64,000 bases of DNA, taken from the NCBI RefSeq assembly GCF_018350175.1, contig NC_058373.1, positions 108,812,001 to 108,876,000 of the forward strand, in the 5' to 3' direction. Shown piece by piece: positions 26,796-39,200 of this stretch; the first letter of the stretch is position 1; each line of letters starts with the position of its first letter. Under the pieces are notes generated by a model. It saw nothing but the letters and a program-made list of their open reading frames with translations. It had not been told where the DNA came from and did not search any database. Both the position numbers and the translations under genes were made by a program. This DNA is from Felis catus (Eukaryota).

Positions 26796-27517
26796 AAAAG
26801 TCTCTCACATCTTGGCACAAGGATGATCAAAAGGCTACCATGTTTTTAGAGAAGAATGAGACCTTGCTTGTGTAGGAGTCTCCTCCTGCCTCAGAAAGAC
26901 AGGAAAGTGAAATCTTTTCTATGTTCCTGGGATGCAAGCAAAAGGGCTAAGGGAGAACTAGTGTCTGAAGAATCTCGTGGTCAGATCAATGAGGGAGCAG
27001 AGTAGCATACATGACCTCATGGCCAGAGGCTGGGTGAGACCTGGGAGGATTTCATAGGGTTAGAGGCACATGACTGAAATTCATGATGGATGTCTGTGCT
27101 CCTCAGCAAAGGTCAGTATGTGCATAGCACCCAGCCAAGCATCGATGAGAATCAATACCTCCTCAACAAAGGAGACACCATAGTCCTTTTATTGAGCACT
27201 TTCAACTTGAAGGTGTATATACATGGAAATAGGTTACCTTTTCCCCCCAACATCTCCCAGGTTTGTGAGGCCACTTATCTCTTTCTGAAAGGCGCACAAC
27301 CTTTAAGGACATGTGAGAAAATTGTTTAACATCTTGGTTAAGCAATTTTAAACTTTTAATTTCACATTCTTCTTAAAACTTCCTCTGTGTTCTGTCTCTG
27401 CCACCAAGGCAAAGCTTGTCTTGGAGAGAGAGGGCTGGGATCTGTTTTGTTATTCCTCCTTACACTCTACTCTAGGATTTTGAAGTAGGAGTGGAAGTGT
27501 GATCTAGATCAGGGCCA

Positions 27518-27672
27518 CCTCCTTTTATTCTCTCTCTTTTTCCTCCCTCCCTTCCTTCTTTCCCTTTCTTTCTTTCCTCCTTCTGTCTGTTCCTTCCCTT
27601 TCTTTCCTTCTATTCCTCTTCTTGCTCTTTTTCTTTTCCTTGCTTTCCTTCCTTTCCTCCATTCTTTCTTTC
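27518..27672. repeat. Polypyrimidine low-complexity tract
   Basis: About 150 bp of almost pure C/T. Confidence 0.9.
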
Positions 27673-27701
27673 AAAAACTTCTTTACTATTACCTATCACA
27701 A

Positions 27702-27827
27702 AGGTGATCATATCTTCCGGTTTGCTAGGACAATACTGGGTTATGACTGTTGTCCTCATGTAATAGTATGTACCTAGTTTTACTATCAAAGGTATATGAG
27801 TTTGGAACACTAACTACATAGTCATGC
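27702..27827 (-). mobile_element. MER94-like hAT-Blackjack MITE
   Basis: aggtgatcatat...ccggtttgctaggaca...tgttgtcc...tttactatcaaagg...gtttgga...atagtca matches the reversed MER94 consensus with decayed terminal inverted repeats. Confidence 0.65.
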
Positions 27828-27949
27828 AAATTGATACATATAAAGAAAAGTAAAAAATATATAAATGCATGACTCACTGAGTAATCCCAAAATAATATTT
27901 GTGTAGTTCCCACACAAATCAGGAAATAGTACATGGTCAGTATTTGGGA

Positions 27950-28540
27950 AACCTTTAATTCTTCCCCAGATTACTATAAAAGGTAACCATCATCCTTACT
28001 TACAACACTATAATTTGGTTGTGCCTATTTTTAAATTTTTAGAAATTTCTTCTTTTATAAGATTCATTAATGTTACTGAGTACAGTTAGAAGGCATTAAT
28101 TTTCATTGTGGTATAATATTCTATTTGACTTTACCACTGTTTTAAAAAATGCTCATTTATTTTTGAGAGAGAGAGAGACAGACAGACAGACAGAAAATTC
28201 CACGCTGTCAGCACAGAGCCCAACACAGGGCTCAATCACACGAACGGTGAGATCATGACCTGAGCCAAAGTCCAGAATCAGATGCCACCCAAGCACCCCT
28301 ACACCACTGTTTGTTTGTGTTTTTTTTAATGTATTCTACTGTTTAGGGCAGTTGGATAGTTTCTGGTTTTAGGCTATTATGAGTATGCTATGAAAATTTG
28401 TATATGGGTTTCTTAGTACACAGACTTTTTTAGATAAATACCTAAGAGAAGAATTGCTCAGATATAAGGTGCAAACATATTTATTAGCTAATGTTAAGCT
28501 GTTTTCCAGAGTGGTTGCTAGTATACAAAAATGTGGCTGA
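27950..28540 (-). mobile_element. Old L1ME-like 3' region
   Basis: ttggatagtttctggttttaggctattatgagtatgctatgaa...aattgctcagatataagg...gttttccagagtggttg. Confidence 0.7.
28143..28299 (-). mobile_element. Short, internally deleted Can-SINE within the L1ME
   Basis: atcatgacctgagccaaagtc...caagcacccc; accactgttt on both sides. Confidence 0.85.
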
Positions 28541-28654
28541 TTTTTTTGTGCATGCATATTTCTATTTAATTTCCTAAACAGCCCTTTGAGGTGTACACAC
28601 ACACACGCACGCACACACAAACACATGCACACACACATCTATTTATTTATTTAA

Positions 28655-28790
28655 AATTACAGATGGGAACGCTGAGACTTAGGCACGTTATATATCATGC
28701 TATAGATCATACAACTGGTAGGTGGCAGAGTCAGATGTTAAACTAAATAATCTGACTGTCGAGGCACCATGCTTAAACATGAGGCTTTAC
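28655..28790 (-). mobile_element. MIR
   Basis: ttacagatgggaacgctgagacttagg...ggtaggtggcagagtcag...tctgactg. Confidence 0.75.
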
Positions 28791-28829
28791 CTCCTTCCAT
28801 ACATGGAAAAACACTGCTAATTGCCACTC

Positions 28830-29115
28830 CACCATTTAGTCTCCCTGTTTTCTGAATCAGCAGAATCCTGATCCCTAGGAAGCCAAGACTAAATTTCCTA
28901 GTCTCTCATCCATTTAGAGATGTTCAATGAGATATGAGATATAAGCAAAAGTTTTGGGTGAGAATTCTGGTAAAGGTACTTAAAGGGTGCTGACTATGTT
29001 GGGAGAAACATCCTTTGTCTTTTTTCTGCCTCCTTTTTCTTCCTGTCCAAATCTTGGAGGTGATGACTGGAGTTTCAGCAGCCATTTTGGATGATGAGGA
29101 GTCCTTGAGTATGAT
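28830..29115 (+). mobile_element. Old MaLR LTR fragment (MLT1I/J-like)
   Basis: gagatataagcaaaagt...gtgatgactggagtttcagcagccattttgga. Confidence 0.55.
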
Positions 29116-29272
29116 AGATTTGTTTACTTCTCCTTTAGTTCATGTTTTAGTTCATGTCAGTTTTTGTTTCATGTATTTTGAATCTCTTATGTGATGCATG
29201 ATAATGTGGGATTATTATGTTCTCTTGGTTATTTTAACCCCTTTATCGTTGTAAGTGAAATTTTATTCTTGG

Positions 29273-29655
29273 TGTTTTAGTTTACTAGGACTATGGTACC
29301 AAATTACCACAAAGTAAGTGACTTCAAGCAACAGAAAATTTTTTTTCTCACAATTCTGGAGTTAGAAATAAAAGTGTGGGCAGAGCCATGCTCCCCTCAA
29401 AAGCTCTAGGGAAGAATTTTCCCATGCCCCTTCTATCTTCTGTTGGTTGCCAACAGTCTTTGGTGATTTGGGGCCTGGGGCAGTCTAACTCCAATCTCTG
29501 CCTGTGTCTTGCCATGGTCATTTTTCCCTCTTGTCTCTCTACCCATATCCTCCTTTTATAAGGGCACCAGCCCTATTTGATTTAGAGTCCATCTTAAGTT
29601 GACTAAATCTGCAAAGATCTTATTTCCAAGTAATGTCACATTCACAGGTTCTAAA
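29273..29655 (-). mobile_element. MLT1 (B/C-like) LTR
   Basis: tgttttagtttactagg...aaattaccacaaa...ctcacaattctggag...ctgcaaagatcttatttccaagtaatgtcacattcacaggt. Confidence 0.8.
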
Positions 29656-30184
29656 GTGAATTATTTAAAAAATTTTAAACAAGGGTGTTTTAAAAAGTTT
29701 TATTTTTTCCTTACATTGAAGAAGTCTGAAGTAAGCACTTCAGAGCAGGCAAGGCAGTTTCATGGCCATCAGGGACCCAGGTGCCTTTTATTCAGGGATG
29801 TCATCCTTAGTGAGTGCCATTCATCCTCCTGTCAACACATTAGCACAGAATGGCCCCTACGCCACTAGCCTTCATGTTCCTATTCCGGGTAGCAGGAAGA
29901 AGGGGTAAGATCAAAAGCCTCCCATCGTTCCCCTTAAAAAACAAACAAACAAACAAACACCACACTCAGTGATTTCCATATACTGCTTTCGTCATCCCTC
30001 TCTGTGAGGAAGTCTTTCTACCATCCTTCTGTACAAACTAAAGGAAATATAGTTTTTTAAACTGAGTATATTGCTGCCCTGACAGTATAGGCAACTGTCA
30101 CATAGGAATACACAGAAGATGTAAAGAGGGTAATTAATTACCTAGCAAGCTTTGCCATATAAGTATCACTATTCACAATGATGT

Positions 30185-30310
30185 ATTTGTATGATCACTT
30201 AATGTCTGTTTTGCCCTTCTGAATATAGCTTATAGAAGGCAGGAATCATTTTTACTTTTTTTTAATCAGCCCCTATCATAGAAGAGTCTTAATAAATATT
30301 TGTTAAATGA
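30185..30310 (+). mobile_element. L2 3' end
   Basis: gaaggcaggaatcat...taataaatatttgttaaatga. Confidence 0.6.
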
Positions 30311-31772
30311 GGTTTATTATATAATATTAAATTGTTCTCAATATAGTCTCCCCTTATACGTCCTTATTATTTGGATCAGATAAAGCCACTCTTTGGATGT
30401 GTCCCAAAAATGGACACCATAGCCCATATGGGATTTAGCCAATGCAGATATAAATGCTTTTTCCTTTTAATAAAAGACTCTGGCAAGAAATTTATGTAAA
30501 GGCATTTCATAGCTCAACAGTTATGCATTCAAATTTTCCAGTGTCTATAAAGTACCTGATCTACCCTCAATTGCTTTGGCATTCCAAGTCTGTCTCACAT
30601 TAATATTCATATTGGGTTTCAAGAAAGACATTTGCTAAGTTTAGAACCTGCAATAACTCATGAGCTAAAAAAATTTTTAATTAAGCACCAAACTTTGTAG
30701 GCCCAGTTCATTTACCCTTGGCAGAGTGAAGCTTTCAGCAGAATAGCTTATATAGCTGATTATAAAAGCTGTAAGAGTTCCCAGGACAGAAGATGAGTCC
30801 AAGAAAGAAAACATCCCAACAGTGATCTGATGATCTAACTGTAAAAGATTCAGATGTGTAATAACAGATGTTCCTCCCAAATGCAGTTTTTAAAAGCCAG
30901 ATGGAAAAATGGAAAAATGGCATGAGTCAAGTATATTCTGCAATTTTAACATATTTTAGGTCCAGTTGGGAAGAATTTAGTCGAGGCTAGGCAAAAAACA
31001 CTGCTAAAGGATATATCCAGAAGTACTGAATCAATTTCCTATGTCCAGCCTGCTTCTGGGGACTAGACTGCTCAGGCAGCCAAGATGTTATTCTGGCTCA
31101 TAATGATTTTTGTTGCTTTTATTTATGAAAATAGTTTACTAACTAAAGATATCCTGAAGATCACCACTCAAATACTCATGAAGAGAGAGGCTGACAAATG
31201 GCATCATTTCTGCCAAGATATAACTGGTGACCCTGACAGAGTCACTTTCATCTTCTGTATCTTAAAATCCTTGGCATCATGGGCGATGAAAAGAGAGCCA
31301 CCAGCAGGCAGAGTCTGAAATAGGACTTCTAATGAAAGTGAAGGAACAAAATGAAATAAACAAAATGAAGCCTCCCCAAAGAAACTCACAATTCAGCTAG
31401 AACTGATTGCATGCTGTCTAGATATGAGGCACTGTATAGATGCTGGACCTGTACTGGTGGCTAAAACACCTGAATTCTCAGGAGCTCCCTCAGGAGTTCA
31501 ATCTGAAGAGGACCACCAGACCCCTAGGGAAGGAAAAGAAAACACAGAACCACCTTATTTGCACCCCAAATTTTTCATTGTTTGCTACAGTGTGTTTAAA
31601 ACAACAAAATGATGAAAACAGCAACAGAACTTTTAAGAGTTACCAATAGAAGCTGCTTCCCTAATACCTTTAAGGGTGGGTTTGAAAGCCAGACACATGC
31701 ATTCATTAATAAGAGCCTAAGACTCTACAGCACAAGTGGATGCCTAAAGACCCAAATGCTTGTTCTTGTTAG

Positions 31773-31954
31773 GCTATACCAGAAGGATTCTGTTAGTTCC
31801 AATTCATGATGCCATTTTGGGGTGCATATGTGTTGGTCGTATATCTTCTTGAAGATAAACTGAATAAGCAAATCAACAGACTTATTGGCATTCTTGGAGC
31901 AGCCACCAGTAGACCTCGCAGAGACTCTATGGACAGAGAGTTCTTTCGTTCCAG
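31773..31954 (+). other. Candidate non-coding or 5' UTR exon ending in a strong donor
   Basis: Acceptor tgcttgttcttgttag|g at 31772; donor CAG|GTAAGG at 31954/31955; stops in all three frames; ATG at 31929 (MDREFFRS) is open to the donor. Confidence 0.35.
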
Positions 31955-33825
31955 GTAAGGATTTCTAACATTGTCTAACTTTACTTTGTGTTGACAGAAG
32001 CTGATATATTTTATAACTTAATTAAAGCCATAAAAAGGAAAAACTTTGTTTACTCCATGGGTGCTTTATTTGGTAATATTCCAATCTCAGGTTGTTCTAG
32101 GAAAAGCACTATATGAACTCTGCTTACATCACAGGATGCTATATTTTCAGAGGTGGTTGTCCAATCCCACTATAGGCCAAGACAAGTTCTACCATCTGTT
32201 ACCCACACAATTACCACAACAGAAAATGGGAACACTGTTGGTGTTTTTTTTTTTTTTTAGATGAACCAACATGCAGCAAGAAATGTCTAATGTTGAACAA
32301 CCCAGCACTACAGTGTAGGTCACTTGGGCTCAGATTTGAAGCTATAGCAGTATTGGAAATAATAAATTCTTTGTATAGAAGAAAGGGATAAAATAGTTTC
32401 TCCCTTTTTATCAGGATGGAAAGAGGCTCAATGCAATGCTCTTTCAAAAGTAAAAGTTTACATCTAATTCTATAATAAAAGTGGAAGATTATTTAAAAAA
32501 AAACTATTTAGCTTATTCTTCCAGTTTTCATGTTCCACCATATACAACAGAATTTACAGTTTGAATAGGAAGGAGCGCACCTTGTAGTTTAACAAGGACA
32601 TCCTTCTCATAAATGCAAACCTACTTGAAGTATTTTAAATACCACTTTTAGTAATAGGGTTGGCTGAAGGCATGGAGGCTCTTTCTTTGAGAAGATTTGT
32701 TTCAAATTAACTGATATTCTTTTAGAGTCTCTCCAGCTGAATGTGGCCCGTCCCTTCAATAAATATTTCGGTTTGCAGTTTCCACATCCTCTGGAAAAGC
32801 TCATCAGGCTAGGAGACTGTAAAATCCAGGTCTGTGATTTCTCTTGTATTTACTTGTATTCACATTTCTTTTCTGAATCATCAGAATCACAGCTGCTGAG
32901 GCTTGTAGGTTAACTTTAATGACATCATTTCAGAATCATTCTAGAACCAAGACTGTCCACTTCTTCAGAGACTTGTATATGGCAGGGTGGGGGGGGGGCA
33001 TTTAATATCAGTAAGGACACTGCTTTATTGTGAAGCCAGGGAAAACACCTAGAGTGACCATTGTTATTTAATATTATGAGAACTTTTCACCGACAGTGTA
33101 TGTGAAAATGTGTATCACATCAATAAACCTTGAGATGGGTTCAGTGAACAGTTGGGAAAAGCCTGCCTTTCACCCCCTTCGATCATTATCTTTCTTTTGG
33201 AGGCTTATATTTGAAAAGAAGTGTTTATAGCAACCTGGATAGAGCTTAATTACTAAACTCACAAAATATGCAATACAGTAGAAAACAATGTTCAGGAATT
33301 TTTTTTTCTTTCAGACAATTTCTAACCGCTAGAATATTTGACAGGTAAAATTAATAGCCATGATCTACATAATCCATGCAGCATTTGAATATTCCATTAG
33401 GCAAAAATAAGTCATGGATGTGAAATCCAGGTTAAGAGATGGTGCTGTGTGTTTTAAATTGATTTACAGTTTGACAGAGCAAAGCGATCTGTATCAAGAA
33501 AAACAAAATTTTCAAAGCTTGTCTGTGATGAAAGGACACATTTGTTTGAAGGGAAGACTAGGGGTAGGAACAGGGGCAGGGGTAAATATGGCTTATAGTT
33601 AATGTAGTTAGGACAGGTCAGCAGATGTGTCAACAGACTTGTTAAACAAGAGGACTGAATTTTTTAATGGCAATTTTTGTTGAGAAGGCACTGCCTTTGA
33701 ACCGGATGCGTCTTCTTATGTAGCTTCTTCAGCAGCCAAGCAACAGTGGTAGAGCATAAGGGCTTGTTATTACCGGGGCTCTTCAGCTTTCAACTGAACT
33801 GTTCTTTTAAAAACAAGGTGCATCT

Positions 33826-34040
33826 GGGACATCTGGAAGGCTCAGTTGGTTAAGCATCAGACTTCAGTTTGGGTCATGATCTTGTGATTTGTGAGTTCGA
33901 GCTCCAGGTCAGGCTCTGTGCTGACAGTTCTGAGCCTGGGCCCTTCTTTGGATTCTGTGTCTCCCCATCTCGTGCTCTGTCTCTCTCTCTCTCAGAAGTA
34001 AACATTAAAAAAATCTTTTAATAAAATAAAAAATAAAAAT
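33826..34040 (+). mobile_element. Can-SINE (older)
   Basis: gctcagttggttaagcatcagacttcag...; imperfect TSD caaggtgcat / caaggcgcat. Confidence 0.92.
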
Positions 34041-34379
34041 CAAGGCGCATTTAAGTTACTCCCTGACACCAATCACTCCCCTTCTTTCTGGGAGCAGCAT
34101 ATTCCACTTCTGTTTTCATCTTCGTTGATTGGCAGATTGGAGTTTAAGAAAAAAAAAAGACATTTAGCAGTTCTTCAGTGGCCACTTTATGAGAGGCATT
34201 TTATGTACCATTTTCTGTGGTCATGAAGGCCTGAAATAATGCCACAAACTAAGAAGCTTGGAAGTGCAGTTATTATATATTTTAAAAGATCTTTTGGTGA
34301 ATAGCATGCCTTATTTTTTTGTTTTAAATTAGAGCTGATCTCTGACAACCCTCAAGATCCTCAAAAATTTTGAGTAGAC

Positions 34380-34665
34380 TTTTTTTCTTCCAAGATTTTA
34401 TTTAAATTCAAGTGAGTTAACATATAGTGCAGTATTGGTTTCAGGAGTAGAATTCAGTGATTCATCACTTACATATGACAGACACCCAGTGCTCATCCCA
34501 AGGAGTGTCCTCCTTAATGTCCATCACCCATCTAGCCCATTCCCCACCTCCCTCCCTCCATCAACCCTGTTTGTTCTCTATAGTTAAGAGTCTCTTAAGT
34601 TTGGCTCCCTGTTTGTTTTTATCTTATTTTATTTTACCTTCCCTTCCCCTATGTTCTTCTGTTTT
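34380..34665 (-). mobile_element. Carnivore L1 3' UTR fragment
   Basis: gttaacatatagtgcagtattggtttcagg...cacccagtgctcatc...gttaagagtctctta. Confidence 0.88.
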
Positions 34666-35075
34666 GACTGGAAGATTTATTTCTAATTGCTAAGCTTTTA
34701 TTGTGTTGAAAGTTAAATAATGTAGTTTGAGAGATTCTTTCTATTGTAAAGGGGCTTATTGGAAATTTTAAAGACCTAATGTAACAACATCCCATGTCAC
34801 TGCTAAATGCTTAGTGCTATGGCTGCAGGGCAATTCATCTTAAATGTTATTCTTGAAGTTTTGTATCCCTCATATTAAAGCTCTGATACTTGGGCAGAAG
34901 CTAACTCTTTAAACCTACTCTACGACACAGTAAGAAAAATGACTAGCATACTTGACTTGATTTGGTGATTTAGGTATCATCACAATTACTTGGTGTTTTT
35001 CAATTTACCTATTAGGCATATGAAGAGCTAAAGATTTACCTGTGTCATATGTTTGCATGTGTTTGAAATATGTTT

Positions 35076-35263
35076 TTTTAAATTTTTTAAATGTTTTTAT
35101 TTATTTTTGAGACAGAGAGAGACAGAGCAGGCTGAATCTGAAGCAGGCTCCAGGCTCCGAGCTGTCAGCATAGAGCTCAATGCGGGGCTCAAACTCACCA
35201 ACTGTGAGATCATGACCTGAGCTGAAGTCGAACAATTAACCGACTGAGCCACCCAGGTGCCCC
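35076..35263 (-). mobile_element. Can-SINE
   Basis: 12-bp TSD tgaaatatgttt at 35064-35075 and 35264-35275. Confidence 0.95.
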
Positions 35264-35503
35264 TGAAATATGTTTAATACATTTTTATAACATTTTTTTA
35301 GAAAAAGAGATTTTTAAAGAAATTTTTATTTAATAATTGTAGCATTACATACAATTGTAAGAAGTAATGCAGAGATTCTGTTTCCCCAATGATAGCATTT
35401 GCAAAACTATGGTATAATATCACAACCAGGATAATGACAGTATGTAACTCTAGCTGGTTCTGTGACACTATATAACTAGAATATATAATATCACAAGCAG
35501 GAT

Positions 35504-35700
35504 GGGGCACCTGGGTGGCTCAGTTGGTTAAGCATCTGACTTTGACTCAGGTCATGATCTCACAGTCCATGAGTTCGAGCCCTGGGTGGGACTCTGTGTT
35601 CACAGCTCAGAGCCTGGAGCCTGTCTTGGATTCTGTGTCTCCCTCTCTCTCTGCCCCTTCCCCATTCCCACTATGTGTCTGTCTGTCTGTCTGTCTGTCT

Positions 35701-35747
<47 letters not shown>

Positions 35748-35768
35748 ACAAATTACCATTAAAAAAAA
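35504..35768 (+). mobile_element. Can-SINE with expanded (CTGT)n(CT)n
   Basis: TSD tatcacaagcaggat / tatcacaggcaggat (one mismatch). Confidence 0.95.
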
Positions 35769-36340
35769 GTATCACAGGCAGGATAATGATACTTTATAGC
35801 ACTACAGCTAGTTGTACAATACTATATAACTGTAACCATAGTATAATATCACACCAGGATAATGATACACTGATTTTATTCAGATTTTCCCAGTTTTACT
35901 GATGTGTGTGCACATGTGCAAGTGTATTAAGTTATATATAGTTTTATCACCTGCATAACTTTGTATATCCACTACCAGAGTAAAGATACTGAACAATTCT
36001 ATACCCCGAAATCCCATGTATGTCCTTAAATAATCCACTACCTTCCTTCTGTCCACCATGCAGCCACAAACCCTGCCATCCACTAATCTGTCCTTCATTT
36101 CTAAAATGGTGTCATTTCAAAATATTATATAAATGGAATCATGATATGTAACCCTCTGAGATTTCTTTTTTCTATTCAGCATAATTCCCTGGAGGGTCAT
36201 CAAGTTATTGCATGTTTCTTTTAATAGCTGAGTAATAGTGCATGGTTTGAGTGTACTACAGCTTTTCACCTGCTGAAAGGCACCTTTTTAAATTCCAGGT
36301 TCAGGCTATTACAAATAAAGCTGCAGTCAACCTTCTTGTA

Positions 36341-36342
<2 letters not shown>

Positions 36343-36383
<41 letters not shown>

Positions 36384-36400
36384 TGTGTACGTACGTGTGT
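36343..36400. repeat. (TG)n microsatellite with GTAC variants
   Basis: Read directly. Confidence 0.95.
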
Positions 36401-36527
36401 ACACATAGTTTTTTATTTATTTGGGATAAATGTCCAAGAATGTAGTTTCTAGATCATATGGTCCCTGCATGCTTAGTTTTATAAAAGAGTTGGATTTTTT
36501 AATTTATACTAAGAACACTATGTTTCT

Positions 36528-37840
36528 TTTTAATTTTTTTTATTGTAGGAAAAACACTTAACATGAGATCTACACTCAAACTTCTAAGTTTGCAATGCAG
36601 TATTGTTAACTTTAGACACTATGTTTTCCAACAAATCTCTAGAACTTGTTTTATGAATTCTCATTTCCCCTTCCCCTCAGCCCCTGGCAACCACCATTCT
36701 ATTCTCTGTGAGTTTGACTCTTTTTAATACCTCAGGTATCTAGATGGAATCACGCAGTATTTGTCTTTCTGTATCTGGCTTATTTCACTTGGAATGGTGT
36801 CCTCAAGGTTCCTCTATATTGTCACATATGGTAGCATTTCATTTTTTTCTTAATGCTAAATAATATTCCATTGTATGTATAAACCACAGTTCTTTATCCA
36901 GTCATCCATCAGTGGGTGCTTTGGTCATTTCCATATTTTGTCTATTGTGAAAAATTCTGCATAGAAGGTGCGAGTGCAGATATTTCTTCAAGATTTTGAT
37001 TTCAGTTCTTTTGGTTGCATACTCAGAAGTGGGATTGCTTGATCATATGGTCATTCTATCTTTAATTTTTTGAGGAAACTCTATACTGTTTTCTGTAGTG
37101 ACTAAACCATTAGAGGTGCCCACAGTGTACAAAGGTTTCCTTTCTCCATATCCTTGCTAACACTTGTAATCTTAAAAAAAAAATTATTATAGCCATCCTA
37201 GCAAGTGTGAAGTGTGATATCTGGTGGCTTTGATTTGCATTTCCCTGATGATAAGTGATGTTGAGCATCTTTTTTATTTATTTGTTGTCTTTTTGTCTTC
37301 TTTGGAGAAATGTCTGTTTAAGTCTTTGCCCATTTTTACTTGGATTATTTGTACTTTTTGGTCATTGATTTGTCATTCCATATATATTTTGGATATTCAT
37401 TCATAATCAAGAATACCATCAGGGTTTTAATGAAGATAGCATTGAATCTGTAAATCATTTTAGGTAGTGTTAATGTTTTAACAAAGTATATTAAGTCTTC
37501 CAGCCTATGAAAATGGAATAGCTTTCCATTTATTTGCATCTTCTTTAGTTTCTTTCATTGATGTATTGTCTTTCAGTGTACAAGTTTTTCACCTTGCTAA
37601 ATAAATTTATTCCCAAGTATTTTATTCTTCTTGATACTATTATAAATGAGATTGTTTTCTTAATTTTCGGGTAGTTTGTTATTAGGGTGTAGAAATGCAA
37701 CTGCGTTTTGTGAATTGATTTTGTATCCTATAATTTTCCTGAATCTGTTGATTAGTTCTAATAATTTTTTGGTAGAATCTTTAGAGTTTTCTATATGTAA
37801 GCTCATATAATCTGAAGACAGGGATAATTTTACTTCTAGT
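36528..37840 (-). mobile_element. L1MA-like element with an internal deletion near 37400
   Basis: Reversed 3' UTR (aacacttaacatgagatctac...cccctggcaaccaccattct), then ORF2; jumps from ttggatatt to gcattgaatctgtaaat. Confidence 0.85.
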
Positions 37841-38989
37841 TGAAATCAACTGAGTATTTTTGACAGTCCATGTTGTATCATATAGGTGAAGATAGGCAGA
37901 CATAGGAGTGTCATTTGAATATAAATTGGAGACAAATATAGTTATCTGAGCGTAGGAAGTAGCTAAAATGGTTAGTGTTCAGATAGTAAGATACGCAACA
38001 TCATATTATGCTTGTCTTCATTGAAGACCTCAAATTTAGGTTTCCATTCAATCTAAAATTGAGAAAAAAAATCCTGGAAATTGAATACAACTAAAGGCTT
38101 GAGCTTTTCATGTAATTTTAGATGTATGATAATCCACTGCATATTAGGTCAGCAAATGATAGAATAAAATCAAGGTCTCTTGATCCAAATTCTTAGTATT
38201 CTATTACTAACTATATAACTACCCATGTGGCCATGTCATGCACTTATTAATTCAGCCTATAATATAAAATTAGCTGAAAGCTGCTAGAGACATTTGGTAC
38301 CACTTAATATAAAATGTAACTAGGAAGAAAGAAATCCAAATTCATTTGCAGATACATGTTTAATATCTTCATAAGTCCAAGATTCACATTAAAAATGGAA
38401 GCATTCATACCTCTCTATACTCTAATGTCTGTTTTATATTTTTAAATATTTTTGACATATTACTGTAACTCATTTTCCATTGGCATAGGATGATTGAGTA
38501 ATGGGTTAAGGAGAATGGATTCAGCTCATCTCTTTGATGTCTATTTGTCCATTTCTGGTACAGTCATCTGCTTAGTACTAACATAAGAAAGACTTGAACA
38601 TGCTTCCACTTTCCTTATGTGTCTCAAGGAGTTAAAGTACTTGAAAATTCTCCTTTATGCACTCACTAGCAGGCTCAGAAAGCCTAGTTCTATCTCAATT
38701 AAATTTAGTGAGTAAAAGCTATCCCCCACCACAGCCTTCTCTGCTACACATCACTCCTAATGTGCTGTCACCTCCTGGACCAACCATTCACAGGCAGCGC
38801 CACATTCTCAGTTCCATTCTTCCGTATTCCTTTTTCCTAAATTCCTTCACCAAGGAATCACTGTGGTCCCGTGCTCACTCCTTGCTTAAACTCTTTGAAA
38901 ATTTGGCTCCTATGAGAACTGGGGAGAATGTGTTTGCATGAATGTGGTGACCAGGGTGCATCAGCGGGTAATATGGCATAAACAAAGAA

Positions 38990-39200
38990 ACAGTGGTCTT
39001 AAAGCTAGATAGGTCTGGATTGAGATCATGCTCCATCCCACCTTACTATCTGGGTAATTTGGACAAGTTATTCATGTATTCTGTGACTCCATTTTTAAAA
39101 CTAATTAAAATGAGAATAATAATCTCTTCCAGAAAATTGTTCTTAGGATATGAACTAATAAATGTGAAGCCATAAGAGAAGAATTAGGTGTTCAATACAT
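38990..39200 (+). mobile_element. MIR
   Basis: tctggattgagatc...ccttactatctgggtaatttggacaagttatt...aaaatgagaataataat. Confidence 0.75.

Larger units (their letters stand above)
35315..36485 (-). mobile_element. L1MC/MD-like 3' region, interrupted by a SINE and (TG)n
   Basis: tacaattgtaagaagtaatgcagaga...tataatatcacaaccagga...ttattcagattttcccagttttac...atataaatggaatcat. Confidence 0.8.

Noticed and set aside
26200..27330. Purine-rich stretch that may be an old LTR (also 13470-13830 and 48740-49100)
   Set aside because: I could not match termini or a family with confidence; it needs a Dfam search.
31424..31809. Overlapping 60-70 aa ORFs in unique sequence
   Set aside because: No recognisable domain, and such lengths are expected by chance. 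Only the downstream splice signals were kept.
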